Below, piece after piece: positions 1-11,229 of a DNA stretch of 64,000 nt. The notes under the pieces were generated by a model. It saw nothing but the letters and a program-made list of their open reading frames with translations. It searched no databases and was not told where the DNA came from. Each line of letters starts with the position of its first letter. The stretch's first letter is position 1. Both the position numbers and the translations under genes were made by a program. Origin of the DNA: Bacillota bacterium (GTDB lineage: Bacteria; Bacillota_I; Bacilli_A; Erysipelotrichales; Erysipelotrichaceae); assembly GCA_023249475.1 (NCBI GenBank), contig JAHFCO010000005.1:10870-74869 (forward strand), written 5' to 3'.

Positions 1-24
1 GTGCTAAACGCACCGTTTATAATA

Positions 25-51
25 TTAGCAGACCTAGTACAAGAGTGCTAA
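25..51 (+). promoter_or_regulatory. CIRCE operator (HrcA-binding inverted repeat) in front of hrcA
   Basis: TTAGCAGAC-N9-GAGTGCTAA versus consensus TTAGCACTC-N9-GAGTGCTAA (right arm perfect, left arm 7/9). It lies between a TATAAT hexamer (18-23) and the AGGAGG RBS (51-56). Confidence 0.85.
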
Positions 52-64
52 GGAGGTGAGTCCT

Positions 65-1079
65 TTGCTGACACCACGAAAGATCGAGATCCTCAAGGCG
101 ATCGTCGAAGAGTTCATTGCGACAGCGGAGCCGGTCGGTTCGAAAACCTTATTGGAAAAATACAACATGCCGTATTCCTCGGCGACCATCCGCAATGAAA
201 TGCAAGAGTTGGAAGAAATGGCATTGCTTGAGAAGACCCATACTTCCAGCGGACGGATCCCGTCGACCCAAGGGTATCGCTATTATGTCGAACATCTGAT
301 GGTGCAGCGCAAGGACGACCGCTTGGAACTGGCGCTTCGCGAGGTCTTCTCGGACCGTGAGATGCGAGTCGAGGAAGTCATCAAACGCAGTTGCGACATC
401 CTTTCCCAAATGACGCAGCTCACCGCCGTGGTCCTGGGACCCGAGGGCAGCGACCAGACCTTGGAACACATCAACCTGTTTCCGATCGACGAACACAGCG
501 CCGTCGCGGTCTTCATCACGAGCCACGGACATACGGAAAACCGGCTGTTCAAGTTCAGCGAGGAAGTCTCGGTCGAGGAATTGCAGAAATGCTGCGGCAT
601 ACTGAACGAACGGCTGAGCGGGACACCGCTGTTGCGCGTGATCGAGAAACTGCGTCTGATCGAACCGATCTTGGCACAGCAGGTCAAACGCTATGAATCG
701 GTCTTCCAAGCGTTCTTCAACGCTTTCCTGAAGTTCGCCAACGACAATTTCTACTTTTCCGGGACCAACAACATGTTGAACCTGCCGGAATTCGCGGACA
801 TCGGCAAACTCAGGCAGCTGATGGGGATGCTTGAAAACAGTGCGCTTTGGCGCAACTTGGGGAAGAACCAAGGCGATTTGAATCTGATCCGCAGCGATCA
901 TTCCAAACTCGTTTGGATGGACGACGTCGCGGTCATCACCAACACATTTACGATCAATGAAGGCGAATCGGGACAACTCATGGTAGTCGGACCCAGCCGG
1001 ATGGAATATGATCGGGTCGTCGCTCTGATGGATTTCATGAGCGAGGCGATCGAGAAGATCTATGGCAAAGGAGGACGTC

Positions 1080-1087
<8 letters not shown>
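65..1087 (+). CDS. hrcA: Heat-inducible transcription repressor HrcA
   Basis: ORF 56..1087. N-terminus LTPRKIEILKAIVEEFIATAEPVGSKTL is typical of HrcA, and the hrcA-grpE-dnaK-dnaJ order fits. TTG at 65 sits 8 nt after AGGAGG and is preferred over GTG 56, which abuts the RBS. Confidence 0.9.
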
Positions 1088-3459
<2,372 letters not shown>

Positions 3460-3502
3460 TTTCCAAGCCTAGGACACCCTAGGCTTGCCTTACGGAGGGA
3501 CT

Positions 3503-4627
3503 ATGGCAGAAAAACGCGATTATTACGAGGTGTTGGGGATCTCTAAAGACGCCACCGAGGCGGATGTCAAGAAAGCCTATCGGACCTTGGCGAAGAAGTA
3601 TCATCCCGACATGAACAAAGACCCCGGCTCCGATGCGAAATTCAAAGAAGTGCAGGAAGCCTATGAAACGCTGAGCGATCCGCAGAAGAAAGCCAACTAC
3701 GACCAATTCGGTCACGCGGGCATGGACGGTGCGGGTTTCGGCGGCTTTAACGGCGGCTTCGGGGGCTTTCAGTCGGGCGGTTTCGAAGACCTGAACGACA
3801 TCTTCGGCTCGTTCTTCGGCGGAGGGTTCAACCAAGGCCAACGCCGATCCAACGGACCTTCCAAAGGCGAAGACCGGCTGATGCAGATGAAGATCGACTT
3901 CATGGATGCGATCTTCGGAAAAGAAACCTCGATCCAACTCGATGTGGATGAAGTCTGCAGCGAGTGCATGGGGAGCGGGGCTCGAAGCAAGGACGATGTC
4001 AAAGTCTGTCCGACTTGTAACGGAAGAGGCTCCGTCACCACCCAGCAGAGGACGCCTTTCGGCGTCTTCCAGTCCTCCGGGGTTTGCCCGGAATGTCAGG
4101 GGACGGGGAAGAAAATCCTCAACCGTTGCACCAAGTGCCACGGCAAAGGCTATGAACACAAACATGTCACCGTCGATGTCAAGATTCCGGCGGGCATCCA
4201 ATCCGGCCAGCAGCTTCGCGTTTCAGGCAAAGGTGAAAAAGGACAGAACGGCGGACCCAACGGGGATCTCTTCATCGAAATCCTCGTATCGAAGCATAAA
4301 TTCTTCCAGCGCGACGGAAAGAACATCTATGTCAACGTCCCGATCTCATCCCTGGATGCGACCTTAGGGACCAAGATCGATATCCCGACCGTCCATGGCG
4401 ACGTGGAACTCACCATCCCGGCGGGGACGCAGCACGGCACCCAGTTCCGGATCAAGGGAAAAGGGGTCAAGGATTTGCGTTCAAGCCAAGTCGGGGATCA
4501 ATTCGTCGAAGTCCAGATCAAAGTCGACGAAAAACTTTCGCGCGAGCAGAAAGAACTCTACGAAAAACTTCGTAAACTACAAGACAAAGAAAGCGTCTTC
4601 GATAAATTCAAGAAAACTTTTAGGTAA
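3503..4627 (+). CDS. dnaJ: Co-chaperone DnaJ
   Basis: ORF 3485..4627. J-domain (KRDYYEVLG...YHPD), a G/F-rich linker and four CxxCxGxG zinc motifs. ATG 3503 follows GGAGGG. Confidence 0.95.
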   Translation: MAEKRDYYEVLGISKDATEADVKKAYRTLAKKYHPDMNKDPGSDAKFKEVQEAYETLSDPQKKANYDQFGHAGMDGAGFGGFNGGFGGFQSGGFEDLNDIFGSFFGGGFNQGQRRSNGPSKGEDRLMQMKIDFMDAIFGKETSIQLDVDEVCSECMGSGARSKDDVKVCPTCNGRGSVTTQQRTPFGVFQSSGVCPECQGTGKKILNRCTKCHGKGYEHKHVTVDVKIPAGIQSGQQLRVSGKGEKGQNGGPNGDLFIEILVSKHKFFQRDGKNIYVNVPISSLDATLGTKIDIPTVHGDVELTIPAGTQHGTQFRIKGKGVKDLRSSQVGDQFVEVQIKVDEKLSREQKELYEKLRKLQDKESVFDKFKKTFR

Positions 4628-4645
4628 CGGTTTCCGTTACCTTTC
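4623..4645 (+). terminator. Hairpin/terminator overlapping the dnaJ stop
   Basis: GGTAACGG-TTT-CCGTTACC followed by TTTC. Confidence 0.6.
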
Positions 4646-4658
4646 AAAAAAACGTTTG

Positions 4659-4685
4659 TTAGCAGTCAAGTGGCAAGAGTGCCAA
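4659..4685 (+). promoter_or_regulatory. CIRCE-like operator directly upstream of the clpB RBS
   Basis: TTAGCAGTC-N9-GAGTGCCAA, with one mismatch to the consensus in each arm. It ends 5 nt before the GGAGGTG RBS of clpB. Confidence 0.75.
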
Positions 4686-4701
4686 AATGGAGGTGAATCT
4701 C

Positions 4702-7269
4702 ATGAACTTCGAGCAGTTTACCGAAAAACTCCAGCAAATCCTGATGCGTGCCATCCAACTCGCCGTCTCTTCCCGTCATCCCGAAGTCAACACCGGCCAT
4801 GTGCTCGCCGAAATCCTCAACGACGACGTGGTCGATGGGTTGTTGGCGAAAGTCGACCTCGACAAGGGGAGCCTGATCCAATTCATCGAAGCCCAACTGA
4901 ACCGGATCGCGACGACTTCCCAAGGCGGACAACCGGTCATCTCGTCGGATTTGAACCAAAGTCTGATCGATGCGCAACGCGAGGCGGAAAACAACGGTGA
5001 AAAGTACCTGAGCGCTTCGACCCTTTTCATCACGCTCTTGTTTAACCGCTGGTCGCAGATGCATGGGTTGGTCGAGACGTTTAGACCGGACAAAAAAGAA
5101 CTGAAGAAGGCGCAGGCTTCGCGCAGCGCAGGTCATAAAATGGACAGTCCCGGATCCGAGAACCAATTGGAAGCATTAAGCAAGTACGGGAAAGACCTGG
5201 TCGAAGAAGTGAAGGGCGGAAAGATCGACCCGATCATCGGACGCGACGAAGAAATCCGCAGAGTCATCCAGATCTTGTCGCGCAAAACGAAAAACAACCC
5301 GGTCTTGATCGGCGAACCCGGGGTCGGAAAGACCGCCATCGTCGAAGGCTTGGCATGGCGGATCATGAAAGGCGACGTCCCCTTTGGCTTGAAGGAGAAG
5401 AAACTGATCGAACTGGACATGGGCGCATTGGTCGCCGGTGCGAAATACAGAGGCGAATTCGAGGAACGCCTGAAGGCGGTCCTCAACGAAATCAAGGCGT
5501 CGGACGGAGGGATCATCCTCTTCATCGACGAGTTGCACAACCTGGTCGGTGCCGGCAAGGCGGAAGGCGCGATCGACGCCGCCAATCTCCTGAAACCGAT
5601 GTTGGCACGCGGCGAACTGCGTTGCATCGGGGCGACCACCTACGATGAATACCGCAAACACCTTGAAAAAGACGCGGCACTGGAGCGGCGCTTCCAAAAG
5701 ATCCAGGTCGATGAACCGACCGTGGAAGATACGATTTCGATCCTGAGAGGACTGAAAGACCGCTATGAGAGCCATCACGGCGTCAGGATCCTGGATGAAG
5801 CGATCGTCGCCTCCGCGATGTTAAGCAACCGCTACATCACCGATCGCTTCCTCCCCGACAAAGCCATCGACCTGATCGACGAAGCCTGTGCCTCGATCCG
5901 TGTCGAAATGGACTCGATGCCCGCCGAACTCGACGAACTCACACGCAAGATCATGCAGTTGGAGATCGAAGAAACCGCGTTGAGAAAAGAGACGGATGAT
6001 CGGACGCTCGAGAGATTGGATGAACTGAGAAAAGAACTCGCCAACCTCAAAGAAAGCAAGGAAGTGCTCTTTTCGAAATGGCAACAGGAGAAGGAAATCC
6101 TGGATGCGTCGAAGAGCGATAAAGAGCAACTGGAAAAAGCGAGACTGGAGTTGGAGAAGGCGCAGAACGAAACCCGTTATGAAGAAGCCGCGAAACTGCA
6201 ATACGATACGATCCCGACCTTGGAAAAGAAGATCAAGGAAAGCACGGAGCGCATCACAGAAGATTCATTGATCCAGGAAATCGTGGATGAAGAACTCATC
6301 GCGAAGATCGTCTCGCGCTGGACCCACATCGAAGTGTCCAAGCTCTTGTCCACCGAACGCAATAAACTCATGCATTTGGAAGACACATTGCGTCGGCGGG
6401 TTATCGGACAAGACCAGGCGTTGAACAAGGTGGTCGACGCCATCCTGAGATCCAAGGCGCAGATCCAGGATGAACGGCGTCCGATCGGATCCTTCCTCTT
6501 CCTTGGTCCGACGGGGGTCGGCAAGACCGAGGTCGCCAAAGCGCTTGCCCAACAACTCTTCGACGATGAAACCCGGATCATCCGCATCGACATGAGCGAA
6601 TACATGGAGAAACATTCCGTCTCCCGGCTCATCGGAGCCCCTCCGGGCTATGTCGGCTACGACGAGGGTGGTCAATTGACCGAAGCCGTACGGCGTAAGC
6701 CCTACAGCATCATCCTGTTGGATGAAATCGAGAAAGCCCATCCCGATGTCTTCAACATCCTGCTTCAAGTCCTCGACGAAGGTAAACTCACCGACAACAA
6801 GGGCGTCCATGTGGATTTCAGGAACACCTTGATCATCCTGACCTCGAATCTGGGGGCGCACTATGCGTTTGAGGAAAACCTGGAACTGCGCGAAACGCAC
6901 TACCTGCAGGAAGTCGCACGCACCTTCAAACCCGAGTTCGTCAACCGCCTGGATGAAATCGTCGTCTTCAACGCCCTCAATAAAGCGGTCTTGGCGAAAA
7001 TCGCCGACAAGTTCATCGGTGAACTCGCCAAACGGCTCGCCGATCGCCGCTATAACCTGGAAGTGACGCAGAGTGCGCATGAAAGGATCCTTGAAGAAGG
7101 ATTCGACCCCGAATTCGGGGCGCGACCAATGAAACGGCATATCCAAAAAGCCATCGAAACGAAGATCGCACGGCTGATCATCGCCGACAACCCCCCTGAA
7201 GACGTCACCTTGATCGTCGATACGACGGATGACGATTATGTGGTGAAAGTCAAAACCAGACTCAACTAA
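4702..7269 (+). CDS. clpB: ATP-dependent disaggregase ClpB
   Basis: ORF 4687..7269. Two AAA modules ([15 protein letters not shown] and [16 protein letters not shown]) separated by a long coiled-coil middle domain. ATG 4702 is 7 nt after GGAGGTG. Confidence 0.95.
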   Translation: MNFEQFTEKLQQILMRAIQLAVSSRHPEVNTGHVLAEILNDDVVDGLLAKVDLDKGSLIQFIEAQLNRIATTSQGGQPVISSDLNQSLIDAQREAENNGEKYLSASTLFITLLFNRWSQMHGLVETFRPDKKELKKAQASRSAGHKMDSPGSENQLEALSKYGKDLVEEVKGGKIDPIIGRDEEIRRVIQILSRKTKNNPVLIGEPGVGKTAIVEGLAWRIMKGDVPFGLKEKKLIELDMGALVAGAKYRGEFEERLKAVLNEIKASDGGIILFIDELHNLVGAGKAEGAIDAANLLKPMLARGELRCIGATTYDEYRKHLEKDAALERRFQKIQVDEPTVEDTISILRGLKDRYESHHGVRILDEAIVASAMLSNRYITDRFLPDKAIDLIDEACASIRVEMDSMPAELDELTRKIMQLEIEETALRKETDDRTLERLDELRKELANLKESKEVLFSKWQQEKEILDASKSDKEQLEKARLELEKAQNETRYEEAAKLQYDTIPTLEKKIKESTERITEDSLIQEIVDEELIAKIVSRWTHIEVSKLLSTERNKLMHLEDTLRRRVIGQDQALNKVVDAILRSKAQIQDERRPIGSFLFLGPTGVGKTEVAKALAQQLFDDETRIIRIDMSEYMEKHSVSRLIGAPPGYVGYDEGGQLTEAVRRKPYSIILLDEIEKAHPDVFNILLQVLDEGKLTDNKGVHVDFRNTLIILTSNLGAHYAFEENLELRETHYLQEVARTFKPEFVNRLDEIVVFNALNKAVLAKIADKFIGELAKRLADRRYNLEVTQSAHERILEEGFDPEFGARPMKRHIQKAIETKIARLIIADNPPEDVTLIVDTTDDDYVVKVKTRLN

Positions 7270-7292
7270 CGTCCTGAAAAGGACGTTTTTTC
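7269..7292 (+). terminator. Rho-independent terminator after clpB
   Basis: ACGTCCT-GAAA-AGGACGT followed by TTTTT. Confidence 0.85.
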
Positions 7293-7369
7293 ACAGGATG
7301 TTCATCGAGTCTTCATGAGTCGTTGTGTCGAGCGAAGAAACAAGTGTATACTAAAAGCGAGGTGACCCC

Positions 7370-8002
7370 ATGGACATTCATTCAGAAAAAATACTCAACC
7401 AACAGTTGGATCGTGCGATCCGCAACCTGCGTCTGCATCAGTTCGAGACATCGATTCTGGAAAAGAAAGAACACGTCCTTCCGTTTCTTGAAGCGCAGAT
7501 CGAACACGGGTCAAGCGTCGCGGTCGGGGGATCGATGACCTTGGCCGAGTGCGGCGTCATCGATTGGCTACGCACGGGACAGGTTTCCTTCATCGACCGC
7601 TATCAACCCGGCATCGATGTCAACGAAGCGTTCCGGCGCGGGTTAAGCGCCGATGTCTTCCTGATGTCAAGCAACGCCGTCACCCTGGAGGGCGAGCTCG
7701 TCAACACGGACGGGACGGGGAACCGGGTCTCCGCATTGATCTTCGGACCCAAGAAAGTGTATGTCGTCGTCGGCATCAACAAGCTGGTTTTCACCCGTGA
7801 AGAAGCACAGGAAAGAATCCGTCAGAAAGCCGCCCCGATGAACTGCGAACGGCTCAACCGCGACACGCCGTGCCGTGTGGTCGGCGAATGCGTCGACTGC
7901 AACGTCGCCCAACGGATCTGCAGCGCCAACGTCGTTTTATCGCGCAGCCACGTCCCCGGACGGATCCATATCGTTTTCGTGAAGGAAGCTTTGGGCTATT
8001 AG
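7370..8002 (+). CDS. LUD-domain (LutC/YkgG-like, DUF162) protein, paralog 1
   Basis: 210 aa. VAVGGSMTL...NAVTLEGELVNTDGTGNRV...GPKKVYVVVGINK is typical of the LUD domain. C-terminal Cys cluster CRVVGECVDCNVAQRIC. Paralog of 54253..54864. Confidence 0.7.
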   Translation: MDIHSEKILNQQLDRAIRNLRLHQFETSILEKKEHVLPFLEAQIEHGSSVAVGGSMTLAECGVIDWLRTGQVSFIDRYQPGIDVNEAFRRGLSADVFLMSSNAVTLEGELVNTDGTGNRVSALIFGPKKVYVVVGINKLVFTREEAQERIRQKAAPMNCERLNRDTPCRVVGECVDCNVAQRICSANVVLSRSHVPGRIHIVFVKEALGY

Positions 8003-8059
8003 TCCCTTGCGGGTTTGACCCGTTGCGTGTAGAATAGATAAGTATCAACGGAGAAAACA

Positions 8060-9109
8060 ATGAAAAAGCTTCTGAATAACTATCTGTTCAACCTACTGCT
8101 CATCATGACCTTGACCTTCTTCGGTCTTTGGTTCGCGCTATATGATTCCTACGAGCAAGTCTTGGCGACGGTCATCGCGATGCCCATGTGGCGCATCGGC
8201 GTGATCGTCTTTTGGGGTCTCGCCCCGCAGCTCGTCTACGGCTTGATTTTGACCTTGATGGCGAAATCCCTCCATCAACGCTATCCCTACCGCCATGGTC
8301 TGATGAACGGATTGATCGGAACCTTCGTTTCGGGGATCACGCCTTCCTCCACGGGGGGGCAGTTCGCCCAGACCTATGCGTTCAAAAAGCAGGGGCTCAC
8401 CGCGACCCAGGGCGCCGGTCTGATCTGGATGGATTTCTACATCTATCAGATCGTCCTGGTCCTTGAAACCTTGATCTTGTTTTTATGGAAGATGGCGGAT
8501 TTCCCCAATGCCTCCATCACCTTCGCGTTCGCGTTGGCGCTCTTGTTCAACGTCATCGTCATCGTCGTCCTGTGGATCATGGTCGAATTCCCGAAACTTT
8601 ATCATTTCATCTTCTCCTGGGCGATCACGATGCTCGGCAAGATGAGGTTCATCAAGAACAAAGAAAAGATCATCGATTCCTGGAACGAACAGATGATCCA
8701 CTTCCACGACGCCGTCGGTGCCGTCGCCGGAAACAAGCAATTGTTTTGGAAAATATCGGGTTTATATGCCTTGCGTTTCACGATTTATTTTTCGACCCCG
8801 TTTGTGGTCGCGCAGTTGTTGGGGCTGGACGTGAAGTTCAACCAGTTCATCGATTTCCTCGCCTTGGCTTCCTTCGTGACGATGGCCAACACCTTCGTCC
8901 CGCTACCGGGATCCAGCGGGGCGACCGAAGGCTTGTTCGTCCTGGTCTTCTCGACGGTGATCGGTAAATCGGGCGCCGCGAGTATGATGATCTTCTGGCG
9001 CTTCGCCACCTTCTATGTCCCCCTGTTGACCGGCGGCTATCTCTTCATGCGACTGAAACGCAGCCGTCGCTTCCCCACGCTCCAAGAAACAACGAAGGAT
9101 CCCACTTAG
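8060..9109 (+). CDS. Polytopic membrane protein, UPF0104 / lysyl-PG-synthase-TM-like (flippase-like) family
   Basis: 349 aa with about 8 hydrophobic segments. The GITPSSTGGQFAQ and LPGSSGATEG motifs are typical of this family. Confidence 0.65.
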   Translation: MKKLLNNYLFNLLLIMTLTFFGLWFALYDSYEQVLATVIAMPMWRIGVIVFWGLAPQLVYGLILTLMAKSLHQRYPYRHGLMNGLIGTFVSGITPSSTGGQFAQTYAFKKQGLTATQGAGLIWMDFYIYQIVLVLETLILFLWKMADFPNASITFAFALALLFNVIVIVVLWIMVEFPKLYHFIFSWAITMLGKMRFIKNKEKIIDSWNEQMIHFHDAVGAVAGNKQLFWKISGLYALRFTIYFSTPFVVAQLLGLDVKFNQFIDFLALASFVTMANTFVPLPGSSGATEGLFVLVFSTVIGKSGAASMMIFWRFATFYVPLLTGGYLFMRLKRSRRFPTLQETTKDPT

Positions 9110-9120
9110 GATCCTTTTTT
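9095..9120. terminator. Hairpin containing the overlapping stop codons of two convergent genes
   Basis: AAGGATCC-CACTTA-GGATCCTT followed by TTTT. The plus-strand TAG is at 9107-9109 and the minus-strand TAA at 9108-9106. Confidence 0.6.
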
Positions 9121-10128
9121 AATGCGGTTTTGTTGGATCAACCATAGCGCCATGTCCTGAAGCGACTCGGAAGCGCCGCGCGGCCGATATGCGAGATCAA
9201 CGGTGGCTTTGTCATGGGAGAAGTTCGAGTTGCTTGCCAGAGTGAAAAGGGAATAGCGCGTATAGAGCGGTTTCTGTTTGAGGATGCGGTAATAGATCTC
9301 CGCGAACGGCGCGCTGAACTTCGCCAAACCCAAGGGCAAACGGACCGTTTTCTTGATTTTCGGAAATACCCCGCCCAGGACATCTACGATCGCCTTCACC
9401 GAGATATATTCCCCGGAAAGGATGTAGTGGTCCCCGGCATCGCGCGTTTCAACGATCTTGATCAATGCCTCCGCGACATCCCGTACGTCGACGAAATCAT
9501 AGCCACCCTTCACATAGGCTTTCAGCCGTCCGGTCCCGTAATCGATGACCATCTGCGTCATGTGGCTGCATCCGTAATCGTTGGGACCGATCATGCCGGA
9601 AGGGAAGACCAAGGTCAACGGCAAGCCTTCTTCCTGAAGTTTTAAAAGATTACATGTCGCCTGTGCCTTCGATTTCGCATACAAGCCCTCCACATCCATC
9701 GGATCGAACCGTTGTGTCTCATGGATGCTTCCGTGACCCGCCTCTTCCTTGATCGCATGGACCGAACTCACGTAGACCATTCTTCCGATCCCTTTCTCCA
9801 AACAAACGGTCGCGACGTTCTGCGTCCCTTCGACGTTCACCCTGCGGATCTTGTCTTTTTCCTTGAAGTCGATCGAGACGATCCCGGCCGCATGCACGAC
9901 GCAGATGTCTTTCGGATCGACCCCTACTTCGTCGATGCAACGACGTAGATCATCGATCTTCGTGACATCGCCCTCACACCGCTGGATCGGCAGACCGCTC
10001 AACGCTTCGCTTTTATCACCGGGCAACACGAAAGCGCAGACCTTGTCGTTTCGCTTCGTCAACGCACGGACCAAGGTGTTGGCGAAATGTCCGTTCGCAC
10101 CGGTGACGACCCATAATTTCACTTGCAT
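9106..10128 (-). CDS. NAD-dependent epimerase/dehydratase (extended SDR, dihydroflavonol-reductase-like)
   Basis: 340 aa. N-terminal Rossmann motif VTGANGHFANTL and a YAKSK catalytic motif. Confidence 0.8.
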   Translation of the reverse strand: MQVKLWVVTGANGHFANTLVRALTKRNDKVCAFVLPGDKSEALSGLPIQRCEGDVTKIDDLRRCIDEVGVDPKDICVVHAAGIVSIDFKEKDKIRRVNVEGTQNVATVCLEKGIGRMVYVSSVHAIKEEAGHGSIHETQRFDPMDVEGLYAKSKAQATCNLLKLQEEGLPLTLVFPSGMIGPNDYGCSHMTQMVIDYGTGRLKAYVKGGYDFVDVRDVAEALIKIVETRDAGDHYILSGEYISVKAIVDVLGGVFPKIKKTVRLPLGLAKFSAPFAEIYYRILKQKPLYTRYSLFTLASNSNFSHDKATVDLAYRPRGASESLQDMALWLIQQNRIKKGS

Positions 10129-10265
10129 TTTGATCCTCCTCGAGGTGATGTTTCTATACTTCTTTGTCTTCAGTATAGCATATCCCCATATGACAAAAGC
10201 CTCTGTTCAGGATTAAAATCGGATTAAAATCGAGTAGAAAAGCGATGTATCCTTACGTCGAGCCC

Positions 10266-10294
10266 TTGTAAAGCAGGGACGGTCTTCGTATACT
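10266..10294 (+). promoter_or_regulatory. Putative sigma-A promoter for the lipoprotein/ygjP-like pair
   Basis: TTGTAA-17 nt-TATACT. Confidence 0.45.
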
Positions 10295-10333
10295 AAACCT
10301 AACGGTGATTCCTCACCGAAGGAGACAACAAAA

Positions 10334-10570
10334 ATGAAAAAAATCCTCTTGGTTTTGGTCGGAGCCTTACTCTTAAGCGGCTGTAACCTGCAGATCATCG
10401 ATACGACGTGGAAATACGACGTCGCCTACATCAACGTCGGAAGCGAAACGATCGTCTGCGACATCTCTTCGTGGAAGGACTACGAAAACAGCGACATCAT
10501 CCAGGTGAAGTGCAAAGACGGACGCACCTTCCTTGGACATGCTTCCACCATCATCCTACAAAGCAACTGA
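10334..10570 (+). CDS. Small lipoprotein of unknown function
   Basis: 78 aa. Signal peptide with lipobox (LLLSGC). RBS GAAGGAG upstream. Confidence 0.6.
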   Translation: MKKILLVLVGALLLSGCNLQIIDTTWKYDVAYINVGSETIVCDISSWKDYENSDIIQVKCKDGRTFLGHASTIILQSN

Positions 10571-11229
10571 TGCGGTTGAAGCCCTTTAGTTCGACGCTTC
10601 AGATCCGTGGTCGTCCGCTGAAGGTGACCCTGATTCCGCAACATCGCCGTACGTTATCGATGAATGTGAAGGACGAGGGACTGATCGTCAAAATGCCCTT
10701 CGGGGCCGATCTTGAAAAGACCCTGGCATGGATCTCATCCAAAGAAGCATGGATCGCGAAACGGATGGAACGGTTGGAAGCCATGGCGTTGAACGACGAT
10801 GAAATCTGGTATCTCGGCAGAAAAACGAAGGTGGTCGTCGGTAAGGAAACGAAGTTCTCTCCCGCGGGCGTCGTCGTAAAACAAGGCGTGCTTCTTGAAA
10901 CCGCGCTGCGCCAGCACGCCGTCAACGTTCTGAGCGAACAGTTTAACCTTGCCGTGGCTGAAACAGGGATTTCACCCCGGTCCTTGAAGTTTCGCACGAT
11001 GAGCCGGTCATGGGGAAGATGCACCTCCAAAGGGGACATCACCCTCAATCCCCGTCTGATCTCCTGCGATCCTACCTTCATCCGCTATGTCTGCATCCAT
11101 GAACTCATGCATCTGAAGCATCTCAACCACTCGCCCTTGTTTTGGCAAGAAGTGAAACAACATGTTCCGGATGTATCGAGCGTGAAGAAAAATTCGATCC
11201 TATTACAGAAAGACCGTCTCGGTTTATGA
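10570..11229 (+). CDS. YgjP-like (DUF45 / M48-related) metal-dependent hydrolase
   Basis: Within ORF 10408..11229. HELMHLKHLNHS zinc motif near the C-terminus. The ATG at 10570 overlaps the TGA of the preceding gene (CTGATG). Confidence 0.75.
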   Translation: MRLKPFSSTLQIRGRPLKVTLIPQHRRTLSMNVKDEGLIVKMPFGADLEKTLAWISSKEAWIAKRMERLEAMALNDDEIWYLGRKTKVVVGKETKFSPAGVVVKQGVLLETALRQHAVNVLSEQFNLAVAETGISPRSLKFRTMSRSWGRCTSKGDITLNPRLISCDPTFIRYVCIHELMHLKHLNHSPLFWQEVKQHVPDVSSVKKNSILLQKDRLGL

